Assembly: GCA_030704615.1 (NCBI GenBank)
Contig: CM060731.1
Span: 47,058,001 to 47,122,000 of the forward strand
Origin: Takakia lepidozioides
Taxonomy: Eukaryota; Plantae; Bryophyta
Length of the DNA stretch: 64,000 bases
Direction: 5' to 3'
The stretch's first letter is position 1. The number at the start of each line of letters is the position of its first letter. Below the pieces are notes generated by a model. That model searched no databases. It was not told the origin of the DNA and saw only the letters and a program-made list of their open reading frames with translations. A program made the translations under genes and the position numbers. Below are positions 61,801-64,000 of the stretch, piece by piece.

Positions 61801-64000
61801 ATAGTTGGCAGCTGCAACAACGCGTCTCCCACATGTCGCAATATGGTTGGATCCTTGGCGAACCAACCTGCATTGAAAAAAAACACTATCATACAGGGTA
61901 TCAACATTTTGCTGAGAGACTTCTCCCAGGACTATCATGTGGAAACGAACAGTCCCAAACAGGATAACGTGTGAAACTCCAGATTGTGAAGTGACACATG
62001 CAGCACCCTCACAGCCACTCTAGGGGGTCAAGCAGTTTATTTAGAAGCTAGAATGCTCAAGCACAAAATTTTGATTTGATTGAACCCATTCAGCTGAAGA
62101 CTTCACAAAAAGGTTCCAGGTAAGTGAGAATGTTGTAAGGTTAGTCACAACAGCATGAATAGATTAGCAACAGAGGCTCATCCGAAGGACATATGTTGGG
62201 TTCACCTATGGGAACTGGGAGTATCATCATGCATAGAATGTTTATGATGAGAGGTGCTTACCAACAGCATCAAGAGTTGTAGCCACTGCAGTAACCCCAG
62301 CCATTGGTACTGTTCCATGTGAAGCACGGTACCCCAGAATTCCACAAAACGCTGCTGGTATCCTCACATTTCCAACTGTGTCGATGCCTATTTGGCAAAT
62401 CTTCAAAATTGAATCAGGCACCACAAAAGGAGTTGCTAGCCTGTTGAATGCATAAATATCACATTCAAGAGCTCCACTGCCAGCTCCTTATAACTGTGTC
62501 TGACTGCAATGTATTATTTAGCATGTTTCTATCCTTTTTCTGACTCTCTCTATCTTGGTTTTAGAGACTCCCCCTTGTTCCACCCAAGGGGGGTCTATGG
62601 CCACAAGGCTACAGTAAACAGCGTCTTATGAGTACATTGTATCTTGATGTTGGGAAATCCCTTCTGGACCTTTTTGTTCCCATGGGCAATTCGGGCTTCC
62701 ATTGGACGTGGTAAACTTTCTCCAAGTTTCTGACAGCATATAGTGACCTGTGCAATGGTAATTTCCAGATTATTCTTCAAATAAATTACTACCCAAAATG
62801 TATTTTGTACAGGAAAGGACCCTCTCCAACTCAATGAATTGAGGCCAGGAAGGATCAAGAATGGTGAAATTGGTGGGATTTCAATCATTTACAAAAGGTG
62901 GTTGCAAGTACAACACAGCTCCCAAAACTCGATGCTCTTGTAATCCCAGTGATAGAGGATGTTTCCCAGGTCGTAAACTACCTATGTATATGCCTGATCT
63001 CTTTTCTTGAGGACACGAGACTAGAGAACTTAGCCCAAGGGTCTATGGTGAAATGAGATACTCTTCCCCGTAGCACATTAATTCAAGCTTACAGAATGCA
63101 TGTCCTCCTTACCGATAGCAAAATCAACAAGGTTTGCAGCAACAGCAACAGCTGACCCACTGGACGATCCGCCAGGAAGACGGAGTGGTGCAGCAGGATT
63201 CTCCGGTGTCCCATAATGTCTATTTCTCCCAAACAGACTGGCCATGGTAAGCTAATATCAGAAGAGTTCTGCTTGTAACATTTCGACACAAGAAAGACTA
63301 GAGGAAGCAGACTAACCACTCTTACATCTGACACCTGCAGAAGACCCATTTCTATTCCTAAGGGTCAAACAGTAATAATAGCATTATCAGTCTCAAGTTG
63401 ACGTCCTGATGTACGGTGGACATACTGCCATAGATCTGCAAAAGTCTGAAGAAGAATACAAAGTGGATACAAAATTATGCTCTAGACATTTCCGACCCTT
63501 CCATGATTTCTAAGTGCAATATTGATGAGACAAGCACTCTCAGGGAGACCTGTTGTGCCCAGCAAACAATTTGTATAGAGAAACTATACTTTGTCAATTA
63601 TACAGGACAGCCTCATAATGGAGGCAACCTTTCCTAGCTGGCAATGCGTCTATGGTTTTTATACAGGCTATTGACCAACTAATGACAAATTGCTCGCAGT
63701 GCTGCGTGTCATTATGCCATCGAAACTGTGCCACTGGTGGGCATCACTTTCACCATAAGTTAATTATCAAGCACGCATGTAGTCAAGAAGTCAGAACACG
63801 ATTTGGATGTTTGTTCCTGGGACTTGTTTTCTCCAGCTTTCTCATGGTGGATAGACATTTACTCAAATTGTCTCCAGATGGGGAAGTTTACCTGTAACCC
63901 AGCTCGTCCATGGTTGTCTTGCCAATGCATGTTGCGCCTGCCTGTATTACAAATCCAATAGCCACTGCTGTTCGTTTGGCTGCTTCATGTGTCCGTTCCC
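58857..64000 (-). CDS. Amidase-signature family protein (AMI1/Toc64-type amidase domain), multi-exon, 5' end beyond the window, 3' end uncertain
   Basis: Exons: AGATCIGKTTMDELGY (64000-63894), HYGTPENPAAPLRLPGGSSSGSAVAVAANLVDFAIG (~63236-63113), IDTVGNVRIPAAFCGILGYRASHG, GWFAKDP, RFEFKSNHKEWI and QVTIPVG...SVSMLARHGGDRFLLDTV. Confidence 0.88.

Noticed and set aside
58857-64000. Naming the amidase gene TOC64/OM64 or AMI1
   Set aside because: The N-terminus is outside the window and no TPR exons were found; the catalytic Ser is absent, so neither name is supported.

Overview
Eukaryotic, intron-containing, TE-rich DNA; gene and element types point to a non-seed land plant (inference). Host genes: a 5-exon divergent eIF4E, a single-exon F-box gene, a 5'-truncated NPF/PTR transporter, a class-3 lipase and an amidase-signature gene running off the right edge. 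Mobile DNA: rearranged Ty3/gypsy pieces, a LINE 3' end, an LTR, a 6.6-kb CACTA element carrying PPR fragments, and a chromovirus-like gag-pol fragment. The stand-out is an 11.3-kb Mutator-like DNA transposon (15792-27114; 9-bp TSD, imperfect TIRs) inserted in a gypsy gag. Besides its DDE/SWIM transposase it carries a divergently oriented, spliced gene encoding a ParB/Srx-like domain fused to a prokaryotic-type beta-class N4C/N6A DNA methyltransferase-like domain. Two introns of that gene hold arrays of a 22-bp palindrome (TGAATGTCGT-CA-ACGACATTCA). This is a candidate transposon-encoded self-recognition/DNA-marking system. All calls come from manual motif reading; no searches were run.
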